Shown here: positions 25,004-39,165 of the stretch, one piece after another
How positions within the stretch are numbered: the first letter of the stretch is position 1
How the letters are laid out: every line of letters begins with the position of its first letter
Assembly (NCBI GenBank): GCA_003971905.1
Contig: RSEE01000016.1
Location: 806,001 to 870,000 of the forward strand
DNA: 64,000 nucleotides
Source of the DNA: Moniliella sp. 'wahieum'
Lineage: Eukaryota
Direction of reading: 5' to 3'
Program-made: the position numbers and the translations under genes
Notes under the pieces: model-generated
Seen by the model: only the letters and a program-made list of their open reading frames with translations
Databases searched by the model: none
What the model was told of the DNA's origin: nothing

Positions 25004-26013
25004 CTATGGAGGTCGTTACAGGCTCTGATGCTCTGCTGGTGGCTATCTTGATATGAATCTGATCTTGCCGCAATTGATGGTTTCTGTCTCCGACAGATCG
25101 CAGTGGGAGAGTGCGACGTATTGTGGTGCAGGTTGTTCAGACATGCACTCATGCGTGAGATGACGCCAACAGCCAATGCCCGTTTGATGCTAATTATGGG
25201 GCAACCAAAGTCGCCATCATTTCTTTGCCCCCTCTCTATTGCCCATTATCCAGTACCTACCCAATCTTCCTCGCCTGCAGCACAGCCAGTGCAATCCGCT
25301 TGCATGTCTGGTGTTGCCCCGCATCCCAAGCCCTGTTTTCAACGTTATACTTTGCTGTCCAGTGATGAGCTCACAACCAATACCAGTATCAACAGTACCA
25401 AACCGTATCACGACCACAGTATTCCTCATTCGACACAACCCGATTATGGATACGACACGTCTTACCTCCCTGTTAAACTTAACACCACCCATCTCCACTC
25501 CCAGATCGGAGGTGACGACCAGCACTCCCTCTACAATGTTGAACACCCGCACAATCACTCCACCATACTGATCTCTCTGATAGTCGCGAAGAAAATTGTT
25601 CTTCGGTCCTTCACAGCGTCCAATGGTTCGACAAATGGCCCCACTGCTCCAACAACCACTCATGCTCGTCGATGCCTCAGCCACATTAGGGACTAGAGAT
25701 ATAGGCGCACAATATATTCGTGCACGGCATACGGGTACGGGAGCTATTAAAGTAGTAGAGCCCCCCTCTTGGCTCCACTACTGCTACTTCCTGAGGAATG
25801 AACAGTGAACCCTTCGCGCCGCGAGTGGAACTTGCACTGGGAGTCTTCAGCCCAGCATACCCTCCAGGTGGTAACAACTATATGGCTATTCACCGCGACA
25901 ACACGGGGAGTTGTTAAAGTATGACACGCAAAACCCACACGCAGTTTACCACATTCCCAGTCTTCCATCTATCGTGGCGTATTCCTCAAACATCAATCAT
26001 CAATGAACATTAT

Positions 26014-27847
26014 TTACCCTTCGTATGGCACCGCCTTCAGCTCCGTCTGGGGCTTACTGTCACGGCTGCTGCTTGCCTTGTCGTCATCCCTTTTCTCGTC
26101 TGCCCCTGCCACGGAGTGTCCGTCACTCCATACCACCTCCTCGGTGCTGTCGCCACCCGAGTCTTGCGCCCGCTGTTTCAGGCGTTCGTCTCGCCGCTGC
26201 AGCCACATGACTGCCCCCGTCCACGTCAGCACCAACAACGTGAGGCCAATTGAATACACAGGCCCTTGATTGAGTGCGGGTAATCCGTCTGCTTCCATAC
26301 CGCATTCGGCATGCCCGCATGCACTGCGTATGCCACATCGTTCATCAGCCCCACACCAGCGTGCGCTTTTCGTTGTCCTCTGATGCCAGTTCGTTGCCCC
26401 AACCCATGATGAGCCCACTCATGCCGATACCAAATCCCGACATGGCAAAAAGATAGAAGCGCCCTCCCACATTTTTGGGGTAGAGCGGTGCGTAGAGCAA
26501 ACCTAGGCAATTGGCAATGTTGTACACACTCGTCAACACGATGGGCGGCCAGCCTCCCCCGGAAGATGGTGTCGGAGCTCCAGGCCCAGAAAAGCGCGCT
26601 CACAATCGCCACAGCATATGTGATACTAGGAATGTTGTTGATTTGGTTGATGGTCCACTTGCGATTGGGGTACTTGAGCCAAAAGGCCAAATGTTGGTAG
26701 CGTCGTTGCAGTTGTTCCAGAATACGTATAGCCAAGGCAGGAACCACTGTCACGCCCCCACAGCAAACATTTGGTCAGTCTCCGGATGTCTCTCCCGCTC
26801 TGTGCGCTAGAGTATCGTAGAGAGAGAGAGACGTACAACATGCCAACTTTTGATGATGCCAAGAAACCGTTTCTTGGTCCAGGGCCGGCTCTGCGCCGCC
26901 CTACACGAGCCATGCGAGTACTGATCAGGTCCAAGTCATTCTGGCTCAGCCACCATGTAGGCCCAGTGCCCCAGCCCTTCTGCCCGGGGAGCTGTGGGAG
27001 GAAAATCCAGCTCAGCAAGGCAACTGGAAAAGAGATTAGGCCCACAATGCAAAACAGCCAGCGCCATCCCGCGTAGCCAGAGACCCCATTCAATGAGTGG
27101 TAAATTGAGCTCTGTAGCGCGCCGGAGAAGATGCTTCCAAGTGTACCTGCAGTGTGGAAAATGACAGCGCGCTTGGCTAGCTCGTGCGGAAGGTAGAAAG
27201 AGCCAGTGATGTACTGCATGCCCGGATAGTATCCAGCCTCGGCGAGACCAACAAAAAAGCGCGCTGCGTAAAGCGTTTTGTACGACTGGCAGAACATGCT
27301 GAACACCGTCGCCAGGCCCCAGACACCTCGAGAGTTGGAATGACAACCCGCGGGGACACACGCGTAAGCAGCAAAGAGATGGGCAGTTGCATGATGCAGT
27401 ATACCCCACATAGAAGATGCTGTCAACCATTAGCTTTTGCGAGCGGAGAAATAAAGAAGTACTAGTGGGACGTACGAAATGGCAGTAGTGAGCTGGTTGC
27501 TCGTCATGCCCAAATCCTCACGCATGCCGCTAACGAAGGCATTATTGATGGCCGACTGGGAGATGTTTTTCGGCAGTATCCCATAGAGGCGGTGGTCAAG
27601 ATGGCCGCGTCCAGCTTGAATAAACAACTACGCTCACGCGGAGGTGCATCCACCGTATCCCACACCAGCCCGAGCCGGGTTGGACGCCGACGGGTGGAGC
27701 TTTGGTTAAACAGTCCAGTACCACAGGCAACAAGTCACGGTCGTGGTCCCCGACCGATATAAGCGGATGCGCGTGCGCTTGCGGACCCAACTCGGTGTCG
27801 GTCTTCCTCTCGAGTGAAGAGTCAGGAAACGAGGAGTGAGTGCCCAT
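26014..27847 (-). CDS. MFS transporter, allantoate/pantothenate (Dal5/Fen2/Liz1) family (frameshifted)
   Basis: AINNAFVSGMREDLGM, ARFFVGLAEAGYYPG, ELAKRAVIF, LNGVSGYAGWRWLF, WGNELASEDNEKR; intron near 27424-27474. Confidence 0.9.
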
Positions 27848-28449
27848 GGAAGGTCGTGGTTGGTACAAACGAGTTGGAAAAGGTGAGAGAGGAGAGCAAT
27901 ATCTTATACTCCTTGAAACACTTTCCAGGTATACTATAGGGGGGAGGCAGATCTTTTTGTGGTGCTGTTTTGAGAGTGCGTGCTTGATGCTGGGAAGTGG
28001 TGACCGGCTGTTGGCAATGAGAGGTAGGAACGACGGGGCAATTCAAGACGCCAACCGCGGGGCAGTGCGGGTAATACGATAATCTTTAGATACAACACTA
28101 CTTACTACTGCTGGAGCTAATAGGGGTGGGTTGAGTAACCGTATGATGAGCAGCATGATCCATGATGTCGAGAAAAGGTACATGCTATCAATGCTTGCCT
28201 TTGCAGTCCGCTCTCAGGGTTTCATAGAAATGTCCGTAATATGCGCGCTGCTGCACGCGGTAAAACGGGCAACACCGTGTCCGACAAGCCCTTCTCGAGC
28301 TCAGATTGGAGGAGATAGAAGAGTGGGGGGATGACGCGGCAATCAACACGTTCAATGATTAGGAAGAGAAGCTGAGGGACTCTGCGCCACTCGGCCCAGG
28401 TGAACGGAAGAGAAGACGCAAGACCTTGCTCCAACCATCAAGTCTCTCT

Positions 28450-29026
28450 CACCATCGACCATCAACGATCATCATCGATCATCATGCATCATGCTGGGGA
28501 GACATCTGTGACGCCCTGGAAGCTGGATTCAAGCTTCAAGGATGCATACCCCTCAGAGAGCTCGTGAGGCGATGCCGCGAAGAAAACGGTGCATTATGAG
28601 ACTGCCCGAAGTATCGGTTAAGCCAATAGGCGCGGCGATAAGAACACCGTGACGCCGTTTGACTTGGCAGGAGAATGATGCGAAGGATGACGTGCGGTGG
28701 AGCGTACTCGATGTGGAACACTGACGTTCTTGCATATCGAGACGATCTGAATGAAGCGTTGACGCGATTTTTTCAGGCGTCCTCGCGTCCTCTTGGATGA
28801 GCCTCATCGATCATCACCTGTGACATGTGACAGCGTGGGCGTCTTCAACACGTACATCCAACCCGAATGTTTATCGAGTTTATCAACGAGCCCTCGGGCG
28901 GAGGCCTGTGCCCGGCCTGGCTTTGGCCCTTCAAAAAGCTTCAAGCTTCAGTGAGCTTGCGGCTGTGGAGGATAGGATGCCCTCGTTACGCTGGGCCAAA
29001 CATCCGGTAAACGCGTAACGCGTAAA
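28450..29026. repeat. Cluster of 7-bp-register palindrome arrays
   Basis: TCA TCGA TCA then TCA TGCA TCA at 28472-28491; TCA AGCT TCA at ~28530 and ~28941; TGA CATG TGA at ~28821; TAA CGCG TAA at ~29016. Confidence 0.85.
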
Positions 29027-29739
29027 CCCTCTACCGCGTCTCCAGTCTTAAGACCGGACGAACGGCCGCCGGCGATGTTGTGACGTGAGGGTGATCTGGT
29101 ACCTTGGCTCATAAGCGCTAGGCCAGTTTATACCGTAGCTCGTGCTGCCCGCGAGAGCGGCCTTCTCTTCTGCCCTAGTTCTCTGCAGTTGGTATCTTGT
29201 CTCTCCACCACCGCTCCGCTCTTCGCTTTACTCGTACCTCCGTTCCGGTCTCTGTGACCGATCGACTCTCGGTAGTCTGCTCGTTGGAGAATGCCCTGTT
29301 CCCCGGAACAACATTGGTCCACTGTAGTCTCAATCGTCGGATGCATCGCCATACCAGTCACACTATGGTACGTCATACTAGCACACTACCCCCACTGCAG
29401 TCCAATGACCTTGTAAAAGCCACAAAACACGGATCCATTCTCAAGAGCGAGAAGAAAGGAGATAGTAGAGCAGAGAAGAGGGGACGCATCGCGAACAAAG
29501 CCACATCATGGGAACAAGGGAGGACAGTAAGGGTAGGAAGAGGGGGCATAGGGAGCAGGCCCAAACATATGCAAGCGGTCGCTTGAAACAGGCAGGCTCG
29601 GCTTGGAAGTTGAGCGGTGGGGATATCATGACTCGGCAATTCAGAGAGGTGAATCAAGCCAGGGGGGGTAGAAGGGGTACCAAAAAGAGAAACGAAAAAT
29701 GGGAGAGGTATTCTATGAGGCAAAGAGTGTTGAGAGCCA

Positions 29740-32700
29740 TCAGTCATGGGCTCCCGCATCGATGGCGCCTGCAAGCAAGGCAGATGTCAAGCGGGCCACG
29801 AGCACGCGCTGCGTCTCGTCCAATTCAGGAGCCGCGCTGAACGCGCCACATTCAAGGAACCAGGCAAATCCAGCCTCGTCCAGGTAGGCGCCCAGGCCAC
29901 CACGCCGCGCCGTCTCGGCCGCCTGAGCAGCCACCACGGGCTCGCACACCGCCACAGAAGTGATGGCCTGCACAGCGTCCAGCACCAGCCCGTTCGTCGA
30001 GGATTCAATCTCCGTTTGCATACCAGCTGCAACCCAGTCGTACCTGCACATTTTTTCGTCAGCAACGTGTACAGCAAGCAACAAGAAAAAAGGGGAGGAA
30101 CGCACATGATGGACAGGATAGCGGGCTTGGCCACAGCCATGTCGCGCAGGGAAGTGTAGAGCAGCACCTTCTCATCCTCATCCTGGGCGTAGTCGAGCAA
30201 GGCGGCCAAAAGCGGTAACAAGAAGAGCTTGTTTGTTGTCAACGGGCGCAGCAGCGGGGCAAGGGACCATTCCCCTTGCCTGCGCGCATTGACCATGGAC
30301 TCAGCCACTTCGCCCGCGATCCCGGCCGATGACAAGAGCGAAGCCAGCCCGCTCTCGGTCGTAGCTGAGGGAAGTAAAGCCACAAACAACCCAACTGCGG
30401 GGGCAGCAACGCTGGCCCGCCCGGCCTTTCCATTTTCCTGGTCGGCTCCAGACGACAGACGCAGCAGGCACAGTAGCACCTCCACCGTCGACGCCCGTGT
30501 TGTGCTCTCCCGCAGACCGCGCACCAGCAGTCCCGCTAGCGCAAAGCCAAAGTCAATCTCAAAGTCCACCCCGGCCTCATCGTCGAGGCGGCAAGAGCGT
30601 CGCGGAACTCGTTCCGAGCCTCGAGGAGGAATGTGAGTGGATCAAGCCCAGCCGCAAGCGGCAACTGCACTGCAGCCAGAGTGGACAGTGCCGCGTTGAG
30701 CAGCTGTGCCGCTGCACTGAAAATCTCGGGCACACTCGTTTCGAGCATGGCAATCGCCACCCAGGCCATCTGCGGAAGGTATTTGCTCTGCGGAGGTAGA
30801 GCACGGACGACCTTAGCGAGACAGGTAACGATCGAGGCCAGCGGACCGGGGTTACATTGGAGCCCCACTCGAGCGTGGCACCACGGAGAGAGACCAAGAT
30901 CTGGTACATCAGATCATCATCAATCTCACCCTGGCCAGGGAACCAAGAAGAACGAAAGCGCGAGACTGGGCATGAGGGTTGTACTGGAACGCAGTGCTGG
31001 TCACGAGGCTCACGAGACGTGCACGCCACGCGTTGGCCGCATCCATGTTGGGTGCGGCAAGATCCAGCAAGGGAGGACACGCGAAGCAAGCTGCTCAATC
31101 TGCTCATGGTCGGCTCCGACACATCAACCACCATGGTTCCGGTGAATGGGTCGGGGCAGTCGTCGCCGTCCTTATCCTTTGGAAGACCAAAGAGGGGCGA
31201 GGCGTCGTTGCTGGCGAAAAAGAGGAGAGCTACGGAGCTTACTCGCTGCCAGGGGAGCCGGTGCCCCCACCTGGTCTGTCGGCCCAACCCCAACCCAACT
31301 CTCGCCCCCACGTACATGACGCGAATCGTCAGTACACAGCGAGTGGGCCAGGTTGACCAAGCCGTGCGCGTACCACGGCGCATCACATCTGGCCCGATCC
31401 CCACCAGGAGGAGAAGGACATGGATCGAGTCCGGCAAAAACAACATCAACTCCGCCCTAGATGTAAGGAGAGCACGACATTGAACCGAACCAACGTGCAA
31501 GCTCGAGCCAGACTTGCGCATCGGCATGGGGGTTGACGCCCAGGGCCTTGCTCGTCTTGGCATGGTCCTCCGTAGGCGGGCGAGAGCTTTCCGCATATTG
31601 AAGGAGGCGAATGAGGCAAGGGTCTCGCCACCGCCTCAAACGCAGCCGTTTCGATTCCAGCATCAATCGCAGCCTCGACAAACACGTCCAACAAGATAGG
31701 CAGAAGCGAGTCCAGCTTGGTCACATGCGCCCAACCAGCGCTGCATCAACGAGTACACATCGGGCTCCTGCACTGTGATCTTGACCAGGTGAGAGAGGAT
31801 ACCTTGATGCGCTTGATGTACTCTGCCTGCTGGTTGCGATTGGAATGGGTGAACAGTGCAAGGTTGGCTAGCCAAGGGACCATGTACTGCAGAGCCGCGG
31901 CCTTCTGATCAGGGGTAGAGACATCAAAGCCTTCAAAGAAGGACACGAGGAACTCCAGTGTGACGGTGGTGCGGCAGTGGCAAAGTCACGGCTGATCTCG
32001 GCGGCGAAGCTTGTAGTGGTAGCGGCAACCCAAGGCCCCGGACGGAGAGCAAGCGACGACGCGCATGGGAGGCGGTAAAGCTAAAGAGGTTGACAAGGCG
32101 AAGAGCAGGTTGTATGCGCTGACCCGCAGCGCATAGTCGCCACTGCCAAGGTTGAGCAGCGCCATGTTGAGCAGCGTGCCCGGCACATCGCTCGGCATCA
32201 GCGTCCGCTCCGCGGTGGCAGCGCCAGGAGCAGGGGCAACACGGGTGATGCGAGCCTTTGCCTGGCGGAGTGCCTGTACAATGTTAGAGCGGTCCTGGGA
32301 GTGGAAGAGGAAGACAGTCTGGCCGGCCTTGCAGGTGATGAGGAACGTGGTTTCCTCCCCGCGGGCTGAGCAGGGCAATGTCGTCAATATCGGCGAAATG
32401 GATCACCTCGTTGGTCGCAGCCGCCATGTCGACCCACATCTCTTGGGGCTTGAGCGAAGTGATCTGCAGATACTCGCCACTCGTTTTGAAGGCAACAGGC
32501 ACGAGAGCACGGTAGTGAGCAATGAGGGTGGCCGTGGCAATGATGTCTCGACGGGCGAGTGGAGGATGGCACTTGTGGTCGGCGCGAGAGCAATGTCGCG
32601 CGGGGAATGAAGCGTTGGAGCTCCTCCAGAGTGTGAACAAGTGAATGCTCTTGCCGTTAAGGAAGGCAAAGATGCTGTCTGGAGGTGCCGGGCCAGCCTT

Positions 32701-35700
32701 CTCGGATTCGTGCTGGAAGTAGGGATAGATGCACTCCCGGGCAGCAATGTTGGCGTTGAGGACAATCACGGTACGCAAGTGCTCGCGGATGTCGGTAGGC
32801 ATGAGCGTGCCCCAGAAGAGCATCCATTGGTGCGGAATCCAGTTCTCAGCTGTCAGGTCATGTCGACCAGCAAGTCAAAGTCGCGGTTGAGGAAGTGTTG
32901 CAGCAGTTGCATCGCATACACGATCAGCGCCTCGAAGTCCACAGTAGCCGCCCGCACGGCAGCTACCGAGTAGTACAGCACCGGTCGTCCACTCGCTCCG
33001 GGCGGACCGACACGCAGGATGCTCGTGAACGCCGATGTGTCCACGTGGCGTCCAGCGTTGCGTCGCATAAACTCACGGTACGCCGCCCCGTCAGGGCGGC
33101 CGCCGGGGCCAGTGCCGAGGCCAAGAGCATTAATGTCCAATCGTAGTCACCCGTTCGGCAAGGAGAGTACGCATCCCATCGTACGCTCGCTTGGCGTCGT
33201 CTGCCACAGCAGTGTTCCCCTCGGCGCGGGCCGCGGCCGAGCGCGCCAACAGGTCCTTGCCCAGCTCGTCGGCATTGTCAAACAAGAACTTGTGCAGGGT
33301 GTGCTCATCTGACTCGGTCAGCTGGTACCCCACCGCAAAGATGGAGTTCTGTGCACCCGCCGCCGCCGCCGCGCCTGCTGCCGTGACAGCGCCGCTGGCC
33401 CCACGCCGTCGGGCATGGGGGCAGCGTCTGGTCCAGCGGCTTCACATCGCTCACTTGGTCCAGGAAACGTGACACTTCCACGAGTTGCGCTGAAGGAAGT
33501 CGTTCATACGCGCCATGAACCCTTCCTTGTGTGTGCGAGCACAGTGTTCGCGACCAACGTTTGCAATAGCTTGGATACGAGCAACAGCCCCCGACGCATT
33601 TCACGCGCCCCTGGCGTTAGATTGAGGTCGATGAGCTGTGGCGACAATCGCAGGCGAGATGAAGCGAAGGAACATAAAGCCGCCTACGCCCTGGTAGCGC
33701 GCACTGGGAACTTGCTGTCCATCAGGATACGAATCTGCCGACACAATTCGCCCAACACTGGTGGCAACTTGGGGCCGAAGAGCAGATGGCATCGATGAAT
33801 GCCTGGGCCATTTCCTCTAGACGTGCCTGATTCGCCGCCAAGATGGCATCGGTTGCCGCTTGCCCGCCCACCTCGGCAGGGTCAATCTTGGAGGGGTCAA
33901 TCTCAAACGACCCGCCCTGGACGCGTGCAGCGAAGTCAACGATCAAAGGGCCAATGGTAGCACGGAGATATTCGTAGCCATGCATGCGTGCGTACACGCT
34001 CAGCAGGCGCGTGCGGAACGAGCTGGAACGGAACAACATCTCCTCTGACGGGGTTCGCTCAATCTCCTCCCGTAGCGCCAATCCTAAGAAGCGTAGCACT
34101 TCCCCCTTTGCATCAAAGAGGGAAAGTAGGACGCACTCCATGCTGTCCGTCTCGAACCTGCGGAAGATCTGGCAGATAGACAGGGCCAGCTGCATACCCG
34201 GGTCGGTAATCAGTTCGGCGAGTTGGTTTTGCTGCCGGGCGGAGTTGAAACGCTCGAGATCGTCAAACTGAGCGCCCTGGCGGAGGACATTGGTCATGAT
34301 TTGCATGAACACCGTGCGGATCCGCAGATCGTCCTTGTAGGCGAGCGGGAGGGAGTGCTGCAACCCAGAGTCAATGTTGGCCGCCAGCAGGTTGCTCAGG
34401 GCCTGGATGGCCGATTCCTGCAGCACTTCGCTCTCGTTGACGAGTGTTGCACCTTGCGCCCGCCGCGCCTGGGCCACAGCCCCGTCACACCATTGACGGC
34501 GGTCGCGCGCGCCGTTGCGTTGGCCTCCGCATCTTTTGCGCGATTAAAGACCTTGAGGAAGTAATTGAAGTACATACTGAACTGGCGCGACTTGGCCCAC
34601 TCCACCTTGTCGTCCAGCACCAACGCATCGTCGGCCAAGATCAACGGCAGGTTCTCGAGCAACATTGACACGGTGCGCAAGCAGGCCACATCCAGCTCCC
34701 GCTGGACACTCCGGCTGGGAAGCTTGCCCGCGCCACCCTCGTCCGTCTAAACACCGTGGGTCAGTTTTCGTTTCCACACACACTTCAGACCGGAGCGAAA
34801 GAAGCCAAGACGCACCGATTCAGATGTCCAAGTGACCAGCGCCTGGAACAGGCGGTTGCGCACGGGCAGCTCGTTGCTGAACGCAAACGAGGCCTTGTGT
34901 TTGAGCAGAGTGGCACATAGGCGTGACACCGCCAACTTGATCCGCAGCGGCTGCTCTTTTTTACCCAACGCATTCGCATACTCGACATACAAGACCATTA
35001 GAGAACCAATGTCACCCGCAGCGGGCCTTCGCCCTCCTCAGCCTCCTCGCCTTCCTCCTGTGGCAACCCGCAGCGGCATCCGTGCCAGCATGGCCTCGAC
35101 CACGGCAATCGACTGCTCAATGAACACGGTAAACATATCCGAAGGCCGCGGGAGACCCGTGTGCTTGTCAAAGAACTCAGAGAGCACAATGTGCACCTGT
35201 TTCAGCAGGTGGGCCGCCAGTTTCACCCCCAAATCCTGGCCTAGGGTGGACTTGACCTTGTCCCGGACCCAGAGGGAGTCGCTGACAGCAAGTCCACCAT
35301 CTCCTGTACATAGGTGTCGACAAGCGTTGCCGTGTCGGACTCCTCACCAACCCCGGCAATTTGGGTGGAAACGAGCGGCAACGCCTTCTCCTCAGCATGC
35401 GGAAGGGACACTGAGCCACCCAAACTGGCCAGGAAGGCAGTCAGGTTGTGCCAGTAAGCTGCCTTGTCTTGCGCCGTGTCGCTCATGTCGGCCGCCATGG
35501 GCCGAGCGACGATTTGGGTGAGGGTGCCCCAGCGGCGATAAGCCTCGGTCCAGGCTCCCCTCACCCTGGGTTGGGCCCAGTCTGTCCATCTCCGAGATCT
35601 CGGCCAGGGCTTGACGGAGCGCACGTTGTTGGGCCACACGCCCGCAAAGGGCGAGGAAACTTTCTCTGCTTGCAAGTAGAACGACCGCCAAGCAGCTGGG

Positions 35701-38700
35701 AGGGGACTCCGTTTCGCATCATGAATGTCCACCATCAGCCGCGCCAGTTGTGCCGCGCCATGGGAAATGTCAGTTTCGGCCGAGCAAAGAGTGAGCAGGA
35801 CAGCCACCTCAGCTTCCACAGCTTCGGCCGCCTGGATCGCTTCCCATGAGCCTAGAGTGCCAGCAGCGACCGAGAGGCCATTCGATTTTCCATCAGCGAA
35901 TCGACAGTACTCTTCTGTAGGCGAGCCAAGCGGGCAAGCAAATATCATGTGTCAGGTGGAGGTAAAGACGCCGCGTATACGGCGAATCGGCCCACATGAT
36001 CCTCTCGTAGAAGGCCAGCAACAAATACGACGGCGCCACAATCTCCTGCGCCGCCAGCAGGTGCGGTTGCGGTTCTTTTGCCGGCCGCCAGATGGGGATC
36101 ATTAGTGCACCCAAAGCAGCGGGGGCAACCTTTTCCCAGCCATGGGCTTGGGCTGTGAATCCCACGGCCCAGGCCAGGCTGAGAGGGGTGTCCACGTTGC
36201 GCAGTTCGCCCCAGAAAGTGTCGTGGGCCCATGGTGCACGCACCTCAGGCGGGGGCCGGGGACGAAGGTCTTTGCCCATCCCGTGGTACAAAGAGCAAAG
36301 TCTGCTTGCCATAGGTGCAGAATATAGACCAACAGCTCCTTCCTCCGTGCTGGTGGATCTGTAGCATTGTTGACGGCCACCACGGCAGGTGTCAGTCCGG
36401 GCTGCCCCGATGCTGAACCACGCGTGAAAGAAAGTTTGCCCGAGGTGGATGGAGAAGCCGACTGCGAGGGGGATAAGGCCCCCGAAACGTTGCTTGCAGG
36501 AAGACCACTGGTCTGCAAGGTGATCCCATGCGCTGTTTCCTTGAACATATGCCGAAGAGGGAGGGCGATGATGGGATAGAGACTCGTCAGAGATGGGCGC
36601 CACGTGGCCCGCCCCGGGCCTGCAGACAAGCGCAGCGCCGCCTTGGCCAGCATGATCTTGGCGCTTGTTGTCGCCTTGTCAGCAAGACAGCCGGGGATGA
36701 TCTCAGAGGTGGTACGAGCGGGGTCGAGCGTGTAAAGTGCAGCGAGCAATTCCGACGCAAGCGCCACCTCGTCTGTGCGTGCCCCTCCTGCGCCTGCCAC
36801 AAGACGCAGTGGAGTAAACACCCGGTCTCGCAATTCGGGTTCAAGATCGGGCACAACCAGGCGCAACGCCGCATCCGACATACGGGTGTAGGATGCTGCC
36901 ACGACAAGATCCACCGCGGCATGAGCAGGAGCATCCGCGGGAAATCGGTTTCGAGCCTTGCCGAAGCTGCTTGCGCAACGCATCGTAGTAGAATGCATAC
37001 TTCTTGCCTGTTCCGGCAGCCACAAGCTTCCTACTCTCGCCTGCTGCGAGGCGAGCGACAAGATCGGGGCACAAAGCCAAAAGGGATGACATGAGTGGCC
37101 AAAAGACTGCGCGTCGTTTGCCCCCTACGTGAGACTCAGATACAGAGGCCACCTGGTCAAGAGCGCGTCGGGACCACCATCCAGCCGGCGGTTAGCCTGG
37201 TACAGTGCTGCAAACTCGTTCGGGTGGTAGAGGATGAAAGCCCAGATCATCCTCCGCAGAGCAATTGCCGTGGCCACTTGGGCCGGTCGACGGAAATGGA
37301 GGAAGACACTGTTGAGTTCGGCGAGAACGACACCGAGACGTGGTTTGGTCGCATTGATTGTCTCGAGGATTCGCAGATCGCCCAAGGCAACAGCCAAATC
37401 ATCCGGGTGGATGGCCGTGGCTGGGTTGCGACCTTGTGCAGCAAGGACGGTGAAACGCTGTCGCAGACGAGCGAAGACCACACCCCAATTGGACGAGGAG
37501 AGATAAAAGACTACCATGGCAGCATGCTTGCTCAGGTCGGCGACAATAGTAGGGAGCGTGTCGAGGTCACCGCGTGCCGCAGCCTCACTGGAGTATCGCC
37601 AAGAGAGGGCGACATCTCCATCCAAGCGCGATTAAACTGGGGGGGCGAGCTATTGTTGGGGAGGCGGGGAAGGTGGCCGCCAAAAGGTGTGAGCGAAGGC
37701 GGGAAGGCGGGAAGCAGCGAAAAGAGAGGTGCGCCGCCACTGTGGAGAAGGTGAGGGCCGTCCAAAAGACGATCCTCCTTCTCTGCCTCCTTGGCATCTG
37801 CATCCTCCTCCTTGCGCCCTCCGCGGCCTCCGAAACGCTGCAGGGCATCCCTTCCACGGGATGAAGCACCTTTTGCGGCGGCCTGGGGCTTGGGCGCGTC
37901 GAGCATAGCTGGATCAATGAACAGACCGGATTCTTCCCTGGCGGCAGCGTGGCGAAGGTAGGCAGCCATCAATGCCAAGCGCGGCGGGCCAGGGCATCAT
38001 CGATGGGAAGAGGATCGTCCCAAGCGTCACCGGTGTAGAGTCCGCCGTTCGGGGCAGACGAATCAAATGCTTCGTTGGGACGGAGAGAGTCGTTGGTATG
38101 GCGCCAGTGACTGAAGAGGCAGGCGACAAGGGCCTTGACGAGGAACAGCTGCGAAGCCAGAAGGTCGAGCCCAGCAATAGAGTCCTCGGCAACCATTTGA
38201 AGGGAGCGATTCAGGCCATCGAGCTGCTGTAGGAGTTCGTGAAGGATGAGAGGGAGGGCATTGGGCGCGAGTTCGACCAAGTTGGCTACTTGTTTGCGCA
38301 CCATGACGTCGCACTCGAGAGTGGTCAGACGCCAACCCGACTTGGCAGGAAGCTACGAAGAAAGAGTTAGTAACCTGCAGAGGTATGATGGTGAATTCGA
38401 CGTACCTGGTCGGCAATGCGGGCGAAGATGGCGCGCACCAAGGCGGCACCGGGTGCGGACGGATCGGTGGTGGACGAAGGCAGCGCATCGAGGGAGGGAA
38501 GGCGAGCGGGCTTGGAGGGAATGGTTTGTTTGGGAGGGAGGAAACATCATCAACACGGGTGGAGGAGGGGGCGTAGGATGCAGACAACTGGTCGGCCAAA
38601 CCGGGGGGGCGGTGGAGTTGGCGGTGGAGTTGGCGGTGGTGGAGGCAATGGAGGGCGGGGTGGGGCGGGCCATGGCGCCGGCGGAAGGCACGCCGAGGGC

Positions 38701-38766
38701 GCCGGCGGGCATGGCAGCAGCCAACTCGGCGGCCACGAGGGGAGAGTCAGACTCAGGCCGCTCCAT
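29740..38766 (-). CDS. IRA2: Neurofibromin/Ira-type Ras GTPase-activating protein (~9 kb, many frameshifts)
   Basis: YLSSSNWGVVF; WHNLTAFLASLGG; LSNLLAANIDSGLQHSL; RasGAP LFRSSS and GGFMFLRFISPAIV signature; Sec14-like segment (DFDLLVDMT); PSDVPGTLLNMALLNLGS; YMVPWLANL; introns near 38351-38404 and 34747-34816. Confidence 0.93.
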
Positions 38767-39094
38767 GGGGGTATGGGGGTGTGGGAGTGGGGGGTTCGGG
38801 TGGGGGTGGAGATGGGGGCGGGGGTCGAATGTGCCCGGGAGAAGGCGAAGCGGGGGCCAAGAAGAAGCGCTGATGCGCCACAGCAGCGCACCGGGGCGCA
38901 CTGCCCGCAGGTGGGACGGTACACCGCCGCCGTGCCTTCCTGCTCCGGAGTCGTCCCAGTTTTGGATGGCACCCAGTCGTCACACATCACCCCCACACAT
39001 CACCGGACATCTGTCACTCGTCCTGTCGCATGTCCAACGGCTGCCATGTCTCGCGCAGCAAGCCCTGATCCGATCGATCCGATCACTCAGCCAG

Positions 39095-39165
39095 TATCAT
39101 CGATCAGCCTTCAAGATCAAGCTTCAAGCTTCAAGCAGCTTCAGCCTTCAAGCTTCAGCTTCAAT
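39095..39165. repeat. AGCT-core heptamer array upstream of the RasGAP gene
   Basis: TCA TCGA TCA, then repeated TCA AGCT TCA / cagcttca units. Confidence 0.85.

Noticed and set aside
25103..25696. ORFs between TLG1 and the MFS gene
   Set aside because: No recognisable domain on either strand; cannot support a gene call.
546..27847. Acyltransferase, JmjC oxygenase and MFS as a secondary-metabolite cluster
   Set aside because: Widely separated, interspersed with housekeeping genes, and no backbone synthase (PKS, NRPS, FAS or glycosyltransferase) in the window.
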